Positions 1-11,492 of a stretch of DNA of 64,000 bases are shown one piece after another; positions within the stretch are counted from its first letter, which is position 1, and the number at the start of each line of letters is the position of its first letter. A program made the translations under genes and the position numbers. The DNA lies in the NCBI GenBank assembly GCA_964019425.1, contig OZ025792.1, positions 434,001-498,000 on the forward strand, given 5' to 3'. This DNA is from Flectonema sp. DT1601. Lineage: Eukaryota. A model generated the notes under the pieces. That model was not told the DNA's origin. It made no database searches and was given only the letters and a program-made list of their open reading frames with translations.

Positions 1-3000
1 GGCATCATGGTTGTGAAGGACCACTGTACCACCGCGAGCCATTGCTGTTTTGACTCGATTCACTTGTTGAATTAAATGAAGTTCATGAGCGTCGTCTTTA
101 AATGTATTTCCTACCAATACTTCCGTGTTGTTTATGTCTAATAATTCATCACTAAACAACAACGAAATAGCCGCTCCACAACACGTCAAAACCATAAGAT
201 GCCTGGCACTGTTATCACACAAATTACTTCTAATTAATTCCGGTGCAGTTAAAGGTGCAACTGAAAGTTCCTCTTCAGAGAAACACTCAGTTGAAAATGC
301 TGTTCTGACGGTCTTAATTAACTCCGGATGCCCGCCAAAATTCCTTTCCAAAGAATACATAACAAGTTGTTTGATGTCTTGTTGTTTTGACAGTATTTTG
401 ATGGTGTTTTCATTGTTTTTATCTGACGTTGGATGGACGAATGGTGAAACAGTATTTTGGTTCTCTGAGTCGTAGTTAAGATCGTACTGCTCAAGTTGTG
501 CGATGGATAAGAGTGAATGAGGAATGATGTTGCTGGTTGAAATCCAAGATTCGAAAAGTTCCAATGACAAACTTTTTTCAATTTCAACACACCAAACTTG
601 GGACTCCGAAACCCTCGTCACAGTGAGATACTTCGCAGTGACAACAACAGAAGAATCACTTTCTGAGAAGTTAGGAAGGAAGATCCTTCCTTTTTGAAGA
701 CAATCCTTAGTCATTCGATGTTGTTCTCTTCTCAGTAGTTTTAAAGTTTGATAATAATCCCTCATTCCGATGAACTCCCTCCCAGGTTGATTAAAATAAA
801 CTTTATGATAAGCCTGACTAAGTTTCTGAAGTAGATCACTTTTAAAGAGTGAAGAGTCTCCAATAATATGTTGACCTGTCAGATTGATATCAGTTTCTTC
901 CGGTTCACATCGTTTCAGGCAGATTGCTCGGTTCATTTTCGCAGCATCTAAAACCCAATTAGACAATCCCACAACAGCAATAGGAGGATTAACTAAGATC
1001 CCATGAAGAACTTTTAATGGCATGTCTGGACTGTGTTCCGCTAAACCCACTTCATCGAGGAGAAGAATCACAATAGTTTTTTGAGCACTTTTTTGATAGC
1101 TGCAGGCGATGTCAAATTGATGTCGTATTCCAGCAGCAGTTGATAAAGGAGAACACTGATACGGGAATATATACAATGATGGGAATCGTTTCCAGTAATC
1201 ATCCACTGACTGTTCTCCTTTTAAATTACTTGCCAGGACTTGTAATGTTAAGGTCTTTGATGAGCCAGGTTTACCCACAACGAAAACAGGTATTTTATTA
1301 AAAATACAAATCATTGTAACGTATAAGTTCTCTTGAAGGGCTTGATTCATAGCAACTCCTTCTTCGACTCGTAATTTACCGCAGAGTGATTTCATCGTTG
1401 ACCTTATCAGTTTTAACATACTTCCTCGAAGCCAAGACCATTCAGTGCAATTCATACTCGAATCACTTCTTTCTCTCAGAGCTAAGGAAAGACAGCTGAG
1501 GAGTTGGTCTCTATCTTCAGACCTGCTTAATCTGAAGTAAAAAACATGTGCGATTGCGAGAATGGTTGGAGCTCCCCAAACGTCTTTACCAACGGCTGGT
1601 TTTGTTCCATACTTTTTGAACCATCTCGCAAGTTGTAATGTTCTTTTTAGATCTCTGAGAGAGACTGATGACGGATCTCCCTCCAAATCTCTAATAAAGT
1701 TTTGAGAAACAACCAACAACTCAGTGATTACCTTCACCGTGTTTGTGTTGGTTACTAAATTCGCAACCATTTCATGGATGTAACGCGACTCGACATCAGG
1801 TGTTAGAGAACCGAAGTCAAAGATGTATTCTTGAAGCTTTAAAGGAATAGGATGAACTCTGTACACCAAGTCATCCAGGTCATTTTTTATATCAGACCGT
1901 GTCGGTGCCTTATAAGACAGTCCTGGTCCGGTGACCAGAGACTTCTCACATCTCTTTCTGTAAGGGTTACACGCAGCAAGTATTCTTATTCCACTATGGA
2001 TCGGATGACCATTTAGTGATCGTGATACGATTGCTTCAGTTATAAGACTCATGTGTGAGCAGGTGTTGACTTCATCTAAAAATACAAAAACATCTCTTCC
2101 TCCTCCTTCTCCTCCTCCTCCAGGGACACATAGAGCTGTTGCTTGATCAAATACATCAAGAATATCCAACTCAGTAGTTCCTCCATGAACATCAAGGATT
2201 TTTAGATTAACACCCAACCAAGCAGAGATGTATCGCAGCATGTGAGTTTTTCCACAACCGCATTCACCCATGAGAACGACTGGTACGGATGACTTTATTC
2301 TAATCAAGACCGCAGCTATTTTCAATACAATATCTTGAGTCATGCAGTACGTTGATCCTAAAAGTGAAGCAGCTTCTTTAGGTGTTTTTAGTATTCCTGT
2401 CAGAGATGAAACAGCGCGAACGTGAGCCGCGGCTGTTGGTTTTCCAAAAACAGAGATAACACCCCAGTCAATGAAATGATTTAACAACGTTGGATGCATT
2501 CTCTTCATCAAACCAATCTTATCTAAAGCTAGAACATTAATAGCTTTTGAAGCAGTGCTAACAAGTAGAGCTTCATGATTCGCCTCATTCCATGATTTCA
2601 GATCTCCCAGAGGACCGTCTTCAATCTCAACAATCTTTTCCTGCTTCATCATTTTAATAAAAGTATCTGAGTCTTCCTTCTTTAGCTGAGACAGTGTCAT
2701 TAATGTTACCGACATGGTCTCACCCCCTTCTAAAGGCCAATCCGATGTGAGAGGTTTTCCACTTCCAGCAGTAATGGTAGAATCTGAGAGTGACTCACCT
2801 AATCTCCAAGTACCATTACGGTAGTACACATACGTCGGATCGTAGGTAGACTCCTTCTTGAAAACCGGTTGTCCTTCAGACCTAAAGTGTGCTTGCATAG
2901 CGTAACCAGCATCATCACCAAGCTTTAATACACAAAGAGTATCCAGAGGGATTCCTCGTTTCTGTCTAGTTGCAAAATCTGACGCCGTCCTACAAATAAA

Positions 3001-6000
3001 GTCCAGCGTCTCTCCTCTAAGAGAATGAGAATCAGGTAACGACGCTCCTAGTCTACTTAAGAGCGGTGAAGTTTTCGCAAATGCCTCCTCCAAAAGGTCT
3101 TTTGCGATGAAAACGAATGCCCACAGAGACCGAAGAGAGACTGGTTGTTGCAAGTTTGCTGCCCTACATAACGTGTCAAAAGCATTTGTTGGTATCGAAT
3201 CCGTAGACACCGTCGGTTCGAAATCTAACGGGATTCCCTTCTTTTCTTCAGCGCATTCAATCATTTGTAACAACCACGACAAACTTGATAGGTACGTTGA
3301 CGAATTTTGCATTCCACTCTTCAAAGCCTCATTATTAATAGCGAAGTCTTCAGCGCTCACAGATATCATTTTTGATTGCAAGTATGAAATTACCGGTACT
3401 CTGTCACAAAGACCAGGAGCAGCCTCAATATAAATTGGTACATCAGGCAAGAACCATCTCTGACCTGTAACGCTGTCATATAATGATCGAAGTGTTAACA
3501 ATTCGAACAGACGAATACAGCTGCTTTCGTTTATCTGATCTGACAGGTCTAAGTGAAGAGCCCATGGGAGGTTTGCTTCTGATCCAAGAATGACATCTCT
3601 CCTTTTGCATATGAGTTTTATTAATTCATCACTTGTCATCAGTCTGTGGTATGGAACTGTTACTACCTTTCTGTTGATTCCATCACTGCACGATTCTCTT
3701 CTGATTGAGAATGATTTCCCAGCACCAGCATGTTCTGATGTGTACACAGTAACAGGACAACACTTTCTTTCATTTGATAATGAAATTCCAAGTCTTTGCA
3801 AGTCTTCAACGTCAAGTAGCGCACAGCTAGTTCTCCAATGTGACAGTTGTCTAACGATGTAGTGATTTCTGGTCGCAGATACGACCGTCAGTTGATTTCC
3901 AGTCGTCGACGATAATTCACTAATCAAAGAAGCAACTTTACGTTGACATTCTTCACTAACAGCATCAACTCCTGCTAAGCAGAATAAAATTGGTTTTCCA
4001 TCTGCTGACTTTCGAAGTCCCCACAGAAGAAGAAAATTAAATATCTGTTCGTAAACTACTTCAGATGACACCCACAACATGGTATGCCATGAAGGAAGAC
4101 AACCACATCGAATGTAGTGAGAGAGAAATGTATTGTATAATTCTGTTTGACCATCGCAGACGATTAAAGAAACACCCTTCTCAGTATTAGTAATCAATCC
4201 ATCGTTAAAGTCAAGTAGTCTGTTTGGTGATTGAGACCATTCTTCTGGTACGATATTCATCATTTCATCCATTTTACTAATAAAGATTTCAGTTGTTAGA
4301 ACTTCTGATCCCTTCTGTCCCCAAACACCTTCCAGAAGTTCTCGTGCTTCGAGGATCGGTGCTGACGGAAAAACACTGAGTCGGACCTCAGTTATTGTAT
4401 CCTCTCTGATGGGATCATCATCAGTTGTGTTATTAGAGTGATATAACCTTAACAATTGCTTTAGACTCAGAAGATTAAGTGCAGGGAATCTATATCTGAC
4501 TCGAACAATAGCCGCTTCCCACAATGAAATTTCAGACCTAGCTGACGAGACTAGCGATAAAATCTCTTCAGGTTGCTTTGAGAATGATATTTGCTCTGAG
4601 AATGATTGTCTTGACGGGTGACCTGATTTCTTTAATCGCTCGTATTGAATAACGAGTTCTCTCATCCAACCAAACTGAGCAACAAATGCCTGAACCGCAG
4701 CACTCGATGCGTCGTTTGTTGACTTGGCTAACACAATAGCTGATTGAAAATCGAGCAGCTCTGCGACACATTGACGTGCTTGGATTCTTTTCGTCTCTCT
4801 AACGACGACATATTCCAACCAAAGATCAATTTTAGAAGTGTCAACTGCAGTTGATAACAACCAGTTGGCATTCCAAGACGGTTGCTGTAAATTTAATAAT
4901 CGATTTAGTGAAGTTGTTTCATCAGCAGATAAGATTTCAGTGAATGCCAATTGGAGAGGACTCAATTTGTTTATTGACTGAGCAGTTGCTTCAGCTTTGT
5001 CACTTGGCATGTCACCCAAGCATTCAATAATATCATGAAGGGAATCTTTAACTAGAGAGGTACCACTATAGAGTAATTTATGCAGCACCGTTCTGACACT
5101 TGTCAGTTGCGATAGTTTAGTCTCATCTGGATGACCAGTTCCAGAAGCTTCCGACACCCAAAGTTCTGGAGGACATTCCATTTCAGGTTTTCCCATCGAC
5201 ATTTCAACAGCACTTGTGAAATTAGAATCATCGCTGTGTTCGCATAACCAGTTTAGGAAATCTGTTTGTGTCTTTACACTTTGTAGAAGTTTACTACTCA
5301 TTGTGATGAGTCGATCATCGAGATCATCAAATAACTTTTCCAATCGTTCCATATCTTTGATAGTGAGCGTGTCAAAGTCGAATAACTTAACTTCCGCTTC
5401 CAGAGATGTTAATTTTTGTTGTGCAGTTCGAACCTCAGTTTTACCCGATGATCTGACTAAGGACATTAGTAGATTTAAGTTTTGATGTATCTCTTCACCG
5501 TTGTTTGAAATTCTTTGAAATCTCTTAAATCCGATTATGTTTTTCGAAATCCCATCAAGCATCTTCCTATTTACAGTTTTAGCTGGCAGGGGATACTTAT
5601 TTATGATGTCTTCTTTAAGACCGGAACCGTCGTTCTTGTTGATCTCTTTGTCTGCTGCTATGAGTGTGTATACGGACTTACAGAACGTTGCAAGAGCTTC
5701 CTGTTCATTTTCATAACCAATTTCTAAATCGTGATTATCTTGAGAAACTGTCATGGCATCACAGATTTTTTCAAGTGTAGTGAAATTAACAGTTCCATCT
5801 AAGAATGATTTCCCCAATTCCTTCCACCTCATCACAGCTTTCGATATCAGGTCTTCGTCGTCAGGTTGATCTTCCTTAAGCTCCGACCAAATAAAAAAAT
5901 AAAAAATTGGATTCTTTTGCAAAGCCAACAAAATCGGAACACCCAACATAAGTTTTTTTGACAACATTGGAACCCCCTCAAAAACCACATCCGGATCAGA

Positions 6001-9000
6001 GATCCCAATCATGTACTCAAGCTCCCTGATGGTGTAAGTTCCTAGGGTAGTGTTGTCTGACATAATTCTGTAAGCATCACTCTCGTGTAAGAAAGATACC
6101 AAGACTTCATCGACTTGTTCAGTAATAGCATTGCATTTGATGAGTTGGTTAGATGCATCAGTTATGACGTCAGTCGACTGAACTCGAATAGTTTTCCAAG
6201 TCGCAATAATACAATTCTTAATTGGAATCATTTTTGATAATTCACTAGTTGTAATATTTCCATTGATAATCGATGAATTCATATTCTTAAATGCGATTCC
6301 GACGGTACGAACAAATAACTTCAGTTGATCCCAATTATTTCCTCTGCAGTATTCAGCACTTTTACTCATCGACGTACTAATCCAATAAATAATTGCTGAC
6401 CATCGATCTCTGTGAGTTGCTCCCAACAGATTAGCTTGAGAAATACTACACTCAGAATTATCAGATACTTCAAACACGTCTTCCAAGACAAGAAACAATC
6501 CATAGTGTGATAGATGGTGGTCTTGTTGGTATCGCAGTGGTTGTCCATCTTTGTCAATATTCTCAGATTGAACGATAATATCAATGTATTTATTGAAAGG
6601 GACAATTGTAGCAGCAGTTCTAAAAGCCCACTTTAAAATAGATATCATTTCAGGAGTGAGATCAACTTCAGAATCCTGTTCGAACAACCTGGTGATACCT
6701 TTACTAATTAAATAAAGAAAAGACTCGTACTCATCCTGTTGTTTAGCTCCTTGAAGAATTGCAATCAGACTCCACTTTGCCATTTTTCTAGCCGTAGCAG
6801 TTATGACTTTCTTCTCTTCCTCATCAATTGCTGTGAGTTCGTTCTCCAGATGAGAGAACGCGGAATCCCAAATTAAAACGTAACCTCGAAGGAGTTTGGA
6901 GCGAGTTAATTCTTCTTTTGAAGATTCACGAGGGACGGCGCTACGTACCCAGCTCTCTAAAGCAGAAATAATCTCAGGAGTGTGTTCATCATCTTTTGTT
7001 GAGTTGGAATCGATAAATATTAAGTCAGATACAAATGTTAATAAAGTTTTGTGAGGACGAACTCTAAAACCATATCCTTGTAATACACTTTCTACTGATT
7101 CAGGTCCGAGAAGAGATTTATAGTTTCGTGAGAATTCGATTAGTTCAGAAAGTGTTTGTTCTTGAACTGAAACTGAAGTAGGCCACTGAATTCCCTTAAT
7201 TGATTTATCAACAGCGTCTCTGATTCCAAATGGTGGAGGAGGAAGACTGCTTGTTGAATGAGGAATATCACTATCTAATGCAAATGAATGAGAAACATCA
7301 GAAGCTAAGTCATTCAATGAAAACATCTCTAATTCCAACACAGCTGTTGTAATCCATTGAAGCGATTCAACACTTGGAGCAACCGCAACCAGACCAAGAA
7401 CTGAAGAGTGTTTCATAGTTATCATATCAGATGCATATTCTCTGTAGCTGGTTTTTTGAGCTTCAATTCTCGCATCTCCAATACAAGTTCTCGCATTCTT
7501 AATACAATCAACTATGACTGATGACCGAAGGTTACTATTTCTTGATGCGTCGTTTAATTTTTCAGTCAATTCTTCAACTTCCACCTGTAATTCAGAATAT
7601 GTCTTTCGAGCTATTTCCAACGTCAGTGGAGGAGCAAAAAGTTTTATACTGCGATCCCCGAGAAATAAAAAAGAACCATCCGCCCTAGGGACTAATGTTC
7701 CTCCTGAAGAATACTCAGCAGTGTATCCGAAAACTACTGAGTTTTTTTGTAAAACCATAACTTTCACAACACATTTTGCGATATCCGCAACTAACAAGGC
7801 ACGCGACTGCTTACTTTCATAAGATACTGTTGTGAGGGCGATACCGCCGAACTTTGAGCAATAACCGAAATAACTACGGGGACTAACGTGTAAAGTTGAA
7901 AGTATCAGTTTGTCTAAGTTTGTCATGTCTAGACAACGGACAGCTCCATCATCAGTAAAATACAACCTTGAGGTATCTTTGTCAAATGTCATTCCGTTCA
8001 CCTCACAGGTGCATCCACGTGCTGTGCCAAAGCCGTCGCGGAAAGGTGAACCTTGCTTGGTTAGACTTGTAACCTTACCAGAAACAAATGATCCAGCAAG
8101 CAATCTGATTTGACCAGCATCTGATATTAAATATTGCGGAGGACCATTTTTGTAATTAATTTCAAGTATTTGTTTTATTTCTTGAAATCTAAACCTTGAA
8201 ACTGGTCCATTAAAAAAACCACTCACACCAGAACCTCCAATAATTGTCACCTGCCAGGCAAGGACTGGTGGTGCGCCTGGATTACGTTGTCCTCTGCCTA
8301 CTTGGAGTGGGGCATATGCTAATCGTTTTATGAAACTGGTTCCATTCTCAGCGAATACATAATCATTATCACCGACTCTTACTAAAGCCCCAGGTCTGTT
8401 AAGATCATTCATTAGTGTTTGAGTGATTCCATGACGGTTAGTTAATCTAATTTTACCAGTCCGCGACTCAGAGAACACGATCCCTCTGTCAGGCAAAGAA
8501 ACAGCATCGGTAGGATAACATGTAGCGATTGGCTTTCCTTTATTATCCTTGGCCGGTCCGTCTACAGACCCAGGAGTGGTCTTTAATGAGTATCCCATTA
8601 TCGTTGTAACTGTAAAAGATTCCTTCTGTCTGACATTAGTACCGAAGTCTTTAATTAAATATTTAGTTCGCTGTCTCAGGTTCTGACCCTGAGTCGCAAG
8701 TTCTCTTGATATGCCTGCGAGGTTACGAGACTCCAATGAACTAATATCTGCTTCAGCATTAGACAAATATTGAATAGCACGTTGGTGACTACTTGATAGT
8801 TCATCCCAAGCAGGAATATCACATTGTGGTCTTTGAGAAATTAAACAGATTTGATTAATCATTTCCTTTGTGTACCTCATCTCATCACGAAGAGCAACTT
8901 TCGCAGTCCAATAACGTTGTAAGACATTCTCTGTAGATTTGATTGCTCTACTCCATTCATTCTCACGTGTCGCGAGAGTATCCGAGCGCTCGATACCTTC

Positions 9001-10074
9001 CCAGTTGACAGCCGCACAGTTAGAGAGAGCCCTTGCAGCAGCAACTTTTTCGTTCTTTGTTGCAGGTGCTTTAAAGTCTGGAAGTGGATTTCGAAAATGA
9101 TGTGCCGCAGGCGGAATCCCAACTCCTAAACTATCCTTCACACCATTATCCTTAGCTAGTGCGAGGACACCAAATAAAAGTGTGTATCGAAAACTACTTA
9201 CTGGTGCTTGTCTGTCAGTCTCCATCAACCATTTACAAGCACGTTTAGCAAGCTGTGCAAGTATTTCATTCTGTGATAGCCAAGCTGCTGTTACTTCGTT
9301 GTTTAATTCAATTGCAGCAATGTTGAACAACCCATTCAGAATTTCTGTTGTGATCAAGTTTCTATCAACATCAAGAGACACTTCCAACAGCTGTCCTATT
9401 AAAGACCAAAAGTACAATGAAATTCGAGTCACTTCCTCCGCGGTATTTGATGTGTCAGCGAGTAACGATTCAAAGGAGCAACAAATTAATAAGCAGCCAT
9501 TCGTAAAGTTGGGTTGGATACCGTTTATAAGGAGCTGAGCGTGATGTGAAAGTAAGACTCTCCAAGAGCGGGGAGTTGGGTCTTCACAAACCTGTGAAAT
9601 AATAGTTTGAAAGACTGCGGCATACACTTCTGAGGTATTGATTGACCTCAATGAGAACACACACATTGTGGTATCCAAAACTAATGTTCTCACCTTAGTG
9701 CTGTAAAACTGCCCACGTTCAGTCTCTTGAACCGCGAGTGTGCATCCTAACCGAGAGCTGTACTCCGGTAAGTCTATTTTTGTATGAAAGACTTTCGTTT
9801 CTTTGTTTTGTTCAAACGATTGTAGCGACTTTTTATCAACCACAGAATCTGGAGTCCACCATACGTCAGTTGGAGTACCTACTGCTTTGATATATTTTTC
9901 ACCAAAGACAAACAGCATTAATTTATTTGTAGTTTCCAGTTCTAATTTAGAACTCATCGAGAGTGGTCCGACCCCCTGAACTGTAGGGCCATAGTAATCA
10001 TGTAGACTGAAATCGATCTCTAACTCTGCTCTGTCATCCTTCGCTTCGATGACCTCTTTCGCAGATTCAGACAT
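1..10074 (-). CDS. RNF213/mysterin-like giant multi-AAA+ ATPase with N-terminal NHL-like propeller; 3'-partial (>3358 aa, continues past window start)
   Basis: ATG at 10074 (MSESAKEVIEAK...). Same frame contains AGAGKS (~3715-3732), TQDIVLKIAAVLIRIKSSVPVVLMGECGCGKT (~2245-2340), VFLDEVNT (~2065-2090), PVFVVGKPGSSKT (~1252-1290) and LLDEVGLAEHSPDMPLKVLH (~1005-1065), matching the RNF213 AAA-core motifs in order. The ORF track lists nothing in this frame, consistent with no stop before the window edge. Confidence 0.88.
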   Translation of the reverse strand, partial: MSESAKEVIEAKDDRAELEIDFSLHDYYGPTVQGVGPLSMSSKLELETTNKLMLFVFGEKYIKAVGTPTDVWWTPDSVVDKKSLQSFEQNKETKVFHTKIDLPEYSSRLGCTLAVQETERGQFYSTKVRTLVLDTTMCVFSLRSINTSEVYAAVFQTIISQVCEDPTPRSWRVLLSHHAQLLINGIQPNFTNGCLLICCSFESLLADTSNTAEEVTRISLYFWSLIGQLLEVSLDVDRNLITTEILNGLFNIAAIELNNEVTAAWLSQNEILAQLAKRACKWLMETDRQAPVSSFRYTLLFGVLALAKDNGVKDSLGVGIPPAAHHFRNPLPDFKAPATKNEKVAAARALSNCAAVNWEGIERSDTLATRENEWSRAIKSTENVLQRYWTAKVALRDEMRYTKEMINQICLISQRPQCDIPAWDELSSSHQRAIQYLSNAEADISSLESRNLAGISRELATQGQNLRQRTKYLIKDFGTNVRQKESFTVTTIMGYSLKTTPGSVDGPAKDNKGKPIATCYPTDAVSLPDRGIVFSESRTGKIRLTNRHGITQTLMNDLNRPGALVRVGDNDYVFAENGTSFIKRLAYAPLQVGRGQRNPGAPPVLAWQVTIIGGSGVSGFFNGPVSRFRFQEIKQILEINYKNGPPQYLISDAGQIRLLAGSFVSGKVTSLTKQGSPFRDGFGTARGCTCEVNGMTFDKDTSRLYFTDDGAVRCLDMTNLDKLILSTLHVSPRSYFGYCSKFGGIALTTVSYESKQSRALLVADIAKCVVKVMVLQKNSVVFGYTAEYSSGGTLVPRADGSFLFLGDRSIKLFAPPLTLEIARKTYSELQVEVEELTEKLNDASRNSNLRSSVIVDCIKNARTCIGDARIEAQKTSYREYASDMITMKHSSVLGLVAVAPSVESLQWITTAVLELEMFSLNDLASDVSHSFALDSDIPHSTSSLPPPPFGIRDAVDKSIKGIQWPTSVSVQEQTLSELIEFSRNYKSLLGPESVESVLQGYGFRVRPHKTLLTFVSDLIFIDSNSTKDDEHTPEIISALESWVRSAVPRESSKEELTRSKLLRGYVLIWDSAFSHLENELTAIDEEEKKVITATARKMAKWSLIAILQGAKQQDEYESFLYLISKGITRLFEQDSEVDLTPEMISILKWAFRTAATIVPFNKYIDIIVQSENIDKDGQPLRYQQDHHLSHYGLFLVLEDVFEVSDNSECSISQANLLGATHRDRWSAIIYWISTSMSKSAEYCRGNNWDQLKLFVRTVGIAFKNMNSSIINGNITTSELSKMIPIKNCIIATWKTIRVQSTDVITDASNQLIKCNAITEQVDEVLVSFLHESDAYRIMSDNTTLGTYTIRELEYMIGISDPDVVFEGVPMLSKKLMLGVPILLALQKNPIFYFFIWSELKEDQPDDEDLISKAVMRWKELGKSFLDGTVNFTTLEKICDAMTVSQDNHDLEIGYENEQEALATFCKSVYTLIAADKEINKNDGSGLKEDIINKYPLPAKTVNRKMLDGISKNIIGFKRFQRISNNGEEIHQNLNLLMSLVRSSGKTEVRTAQQKLTSLEAEVKLFDFDTLTIKDMERLEKLFDDLDDRLITMSSKLLQSVKTQTDFLNWLCEHSDDSNFTSAVEMSMGKPEMECPPELWVSEASGTGHPDETKLSQLTSVRTVLHKLLYSGTSLVKDSLHDIIECLGDMPSDKAEATAQSINKLSPLQLAFTEILSADETTSLNRLLNLQQPSWNANWLLSTAVDTSKIDLWLEYVVVRETKRIQARQCVAELLDFQSAIVLAKSTNDASSAAVQAFVAQFGWMRELVIQYERLKKSGHPSRQSFSEQISFSKQPEEILSLVSSARSEISLWEAAIVRVRYRFPALNLLSLKQLLRLYHSNNTTDDDPIREDTITEVRLSVFPSAPILEARELLEGVWGQKGSEVLTTEIFISKMDEMMNIVPEEWSQSPNRLLDFNDGLITNTEKGVSLIVCDGQTELYNTFLSHYIRCGCLPSWHTMLWVSSEVVYEQIFNFLLLWGLRKSADGKPILFCLAGVDAVSEECQRKVASLISELSSTTGNQLTVVSATRNHYIVRQLSHWRTSCALLDVEDLQRLGISLSNERKCCPVTVYTSEHAGAGKSFSIRRESCSDGINRKVVTVPYHRLMTSDELIKLICKRRDVILGSEANLPWALHLDLSDQINESSCIRLFELLTLRSLYDSVTGQRWFLPDVPIYIEAAPGLCDRVPVISYLQSKMISVSAEDFAINNEALKSGMQNSSTYLSSLSWLLQMIECAEEKKGIPLDFEPTVSTDSIPTNAFDTLCRAANLQQPVSLRSLWAFVFIAKDLLEEAFAKTSPLLSRLGASLPDSHSLRGETLDFICRTASDFATRQKRGIPLDTLCVLKLGDDAGYAMQAHFRSEGQPVFKKESTYDPTYVYYRNGTWRLGESLSDSTITAGSGKPLTSDWPLEGGETMSVTLMTLSQLKKEDSDTFIKMMKQEKIVEIEDGPLGDLKSWNEANHEALLVSTASKAINVLALDKIGLMKRMHPTLLNHFIDWGVISVFGKPTAAAHVRAVSSLTGILKTPKEAASLLGSTYCMTQDIVLKIAAVLIRIKSSVPVVLMGECGCGKTHMLRYISAWLGVNLKILDVHGGTTELDILDVFDQATALCVPGGGGEGGGRDVFVFLDEVNTCSHMSLITEAIVSRSLNGHPIHSGIRILAACNPYRKRCEKSLVTGPGLSYKAPTRSDIKNDLDDLVYRVHPIPLKLQEYIFDFGSLTPDVESRYIHEMVANLVTNTNTVKVITELLVVSQNFIRDLEGDPSSVSLRDLKRTLQLARWFKKYGTKPAVGKDVWGAPTILAIAHVFYFRLSRSEDRDQLLSCLSLALRERSDSSMNCTEWSWLRGSMLKLIRSTMKSLCGKLRVEEGVAMNQALQENLYVTMICIFNKIPVFVVGKPGSSKTLTLQVLASNLKGEQSVDDYWKRFPSLYIFPYQCSPLSTAAGIRHQFDIACSYQKSAQKTIVILLLDEVGLAEHSPDMPLKVLHGILVNPPIAVVGLSNWVLDAAKMNRAICLKRCEPEETDINLTGQHIIGDSSLFKSDLLQKLSQAYHKVYFNQPGREFIGMRDYYQTLKLLRREQHRMTKDCLQKGRIFLPNFSESDSSVVVTAKYLTVTRVSESQVWCVEIEKSLSLELFESWISTSNIIPHSLLSIAQLEQYDLNYDSENQNTVSPFVHPTSDKNNENTIKILSKQQDIKQLVMYSLERNFGGHPELIKTVRTAFSTECFSEEELSVAPLTAPELIRSNLCDNSARHLMVLTCCGAAISLLFSDELLDINNTEVLVGNTFKDDAHELHLIQQVNRVKTAMARGGTVVLHNHDA

Positions 10075-11457
10075 TTTCGTCGTTGTTTTTTTTTTTTATT
10101 TTTTATATTGATCAGTATGCTTATTTTTTGAAAAATTAAGTAAATCGGGAAGGAGAAAATTGACTTCTTGAGTAACTTTAAAACATTTTCATTGACACAA
10201 TGAATGAAATTAAGTAAGTGTCAGTTAATGTATTCGCCACCGAAGAGATATAGCCGGCAGTGACAGTTGATAAAAAATTATAAAAAAACTGAACACATAT
10301 GAACTACATCGTTGTATGGTAACAAGCTGCTTTAGCTCCGTTCATATATCCTCAATGATTGAATCAGTAATCTGAGAAGGACCTTTTCTAATTTCCTCAC
10401 CGGCTGTTCGTTTTGTTCTTGCTGTATAATAAGGTACAGAGTACCGTTGCTGTAGTAAAAATAAAAACTAAATCATACATCCTACGACTATTAATGACTG
10501 AATGACAAAGCAGCAAAAAAACAGTGACTGTGGACTAAGCTAGCGCGCAAGCTACTTGCACTTCTTATTTCGGTTCAGGTTTTATTTCGTCGTGTTTTTT
10601 TTTTTTTTTTTTTCTTCTTTTTTTCTATGATTTCTTTGAAATGGACACAGGGAGTTGCTTGAAACTACAGCACAGGGGGGGAAGGGGTTTTGGCGTACAA
10701 AGCAGGAAAGGGAGGTTTTGAACATAAAAACGAATAGATCGCCTCGCGTGAAAGGGGAACAGAGGCTAGCTCAACGAGCAGCAGAGGGATTCGTTACCTA
10801 AGTAAAAATCAAAACCTTGCTTCTGATTGTCTTCACCTGTCTCCTCTCAAGCAATCATTGCCAGGCAGTTGTAATAGAGCCATTGCAAGCTGCTACTCAT
10901 TTTCCTTTTTCTCTCTTTTTTTTTTTTTTTCCTTTTTCTTCTTCACATTCTTTTATCCGCATTCTCCTGGTAGGAGAATTTTCATTGTTTACGCCGTGCT
11001 TGTTTGTTTGTTTTGTTGCCTCGTTTTTTTTGTTTTTGTTTTTCTTTCTTTTTTTCCTACCTTCGTCTTGAAGGACAAAAATGCAATTGGAGCAACCAAC
11101 GTATGCGGTTCCCCTTAGTTAAGTCAAATGAGTCGCCTCCTAGACTATGGGAAGCAACCTACTAGCAGGTGGAGAGATAATTTTTGGAGTGCGTCTTTAA
11201 TTATAAATAAGTATCAAATCAAGTCTCAGTTTTTTTTATTTGTATTTTTTTTTTTTTAGATTTTTTTTCCACGTGAATCACACATTCAACGCCAAGTGTG
11301 TGATACAGCGAAACAGGATCTGGATGTTTATTGATATGATTATTTTGAAAACTTTTTTTTTTTTTGAAACTTTGCTATTTTTAGAGAAGCGCGAAGTTCA
11401 ATTGCACATCTCCACCTCTTTAATATTCATAACGATAGATAAAACAACTATTGCGTT

Positions 11458-11492
<35 letters not shown>

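Noticed and set aside
7320..7500. Kinase-like fragment (EYASDMITMKHSSVLGLVAV..LQWITT) in the RNF213-like protein
   Set aside because: No Gly-loop, HRD or DFG equivalents are visible; too weak without a profile search.
1..10080. Apparent gene desert, pseudogene or alternative genetic code suggested by the ORF track
   Set aside because: Explained by one continuous minus-strand frame with no stop in the window; other genes use standard stops.
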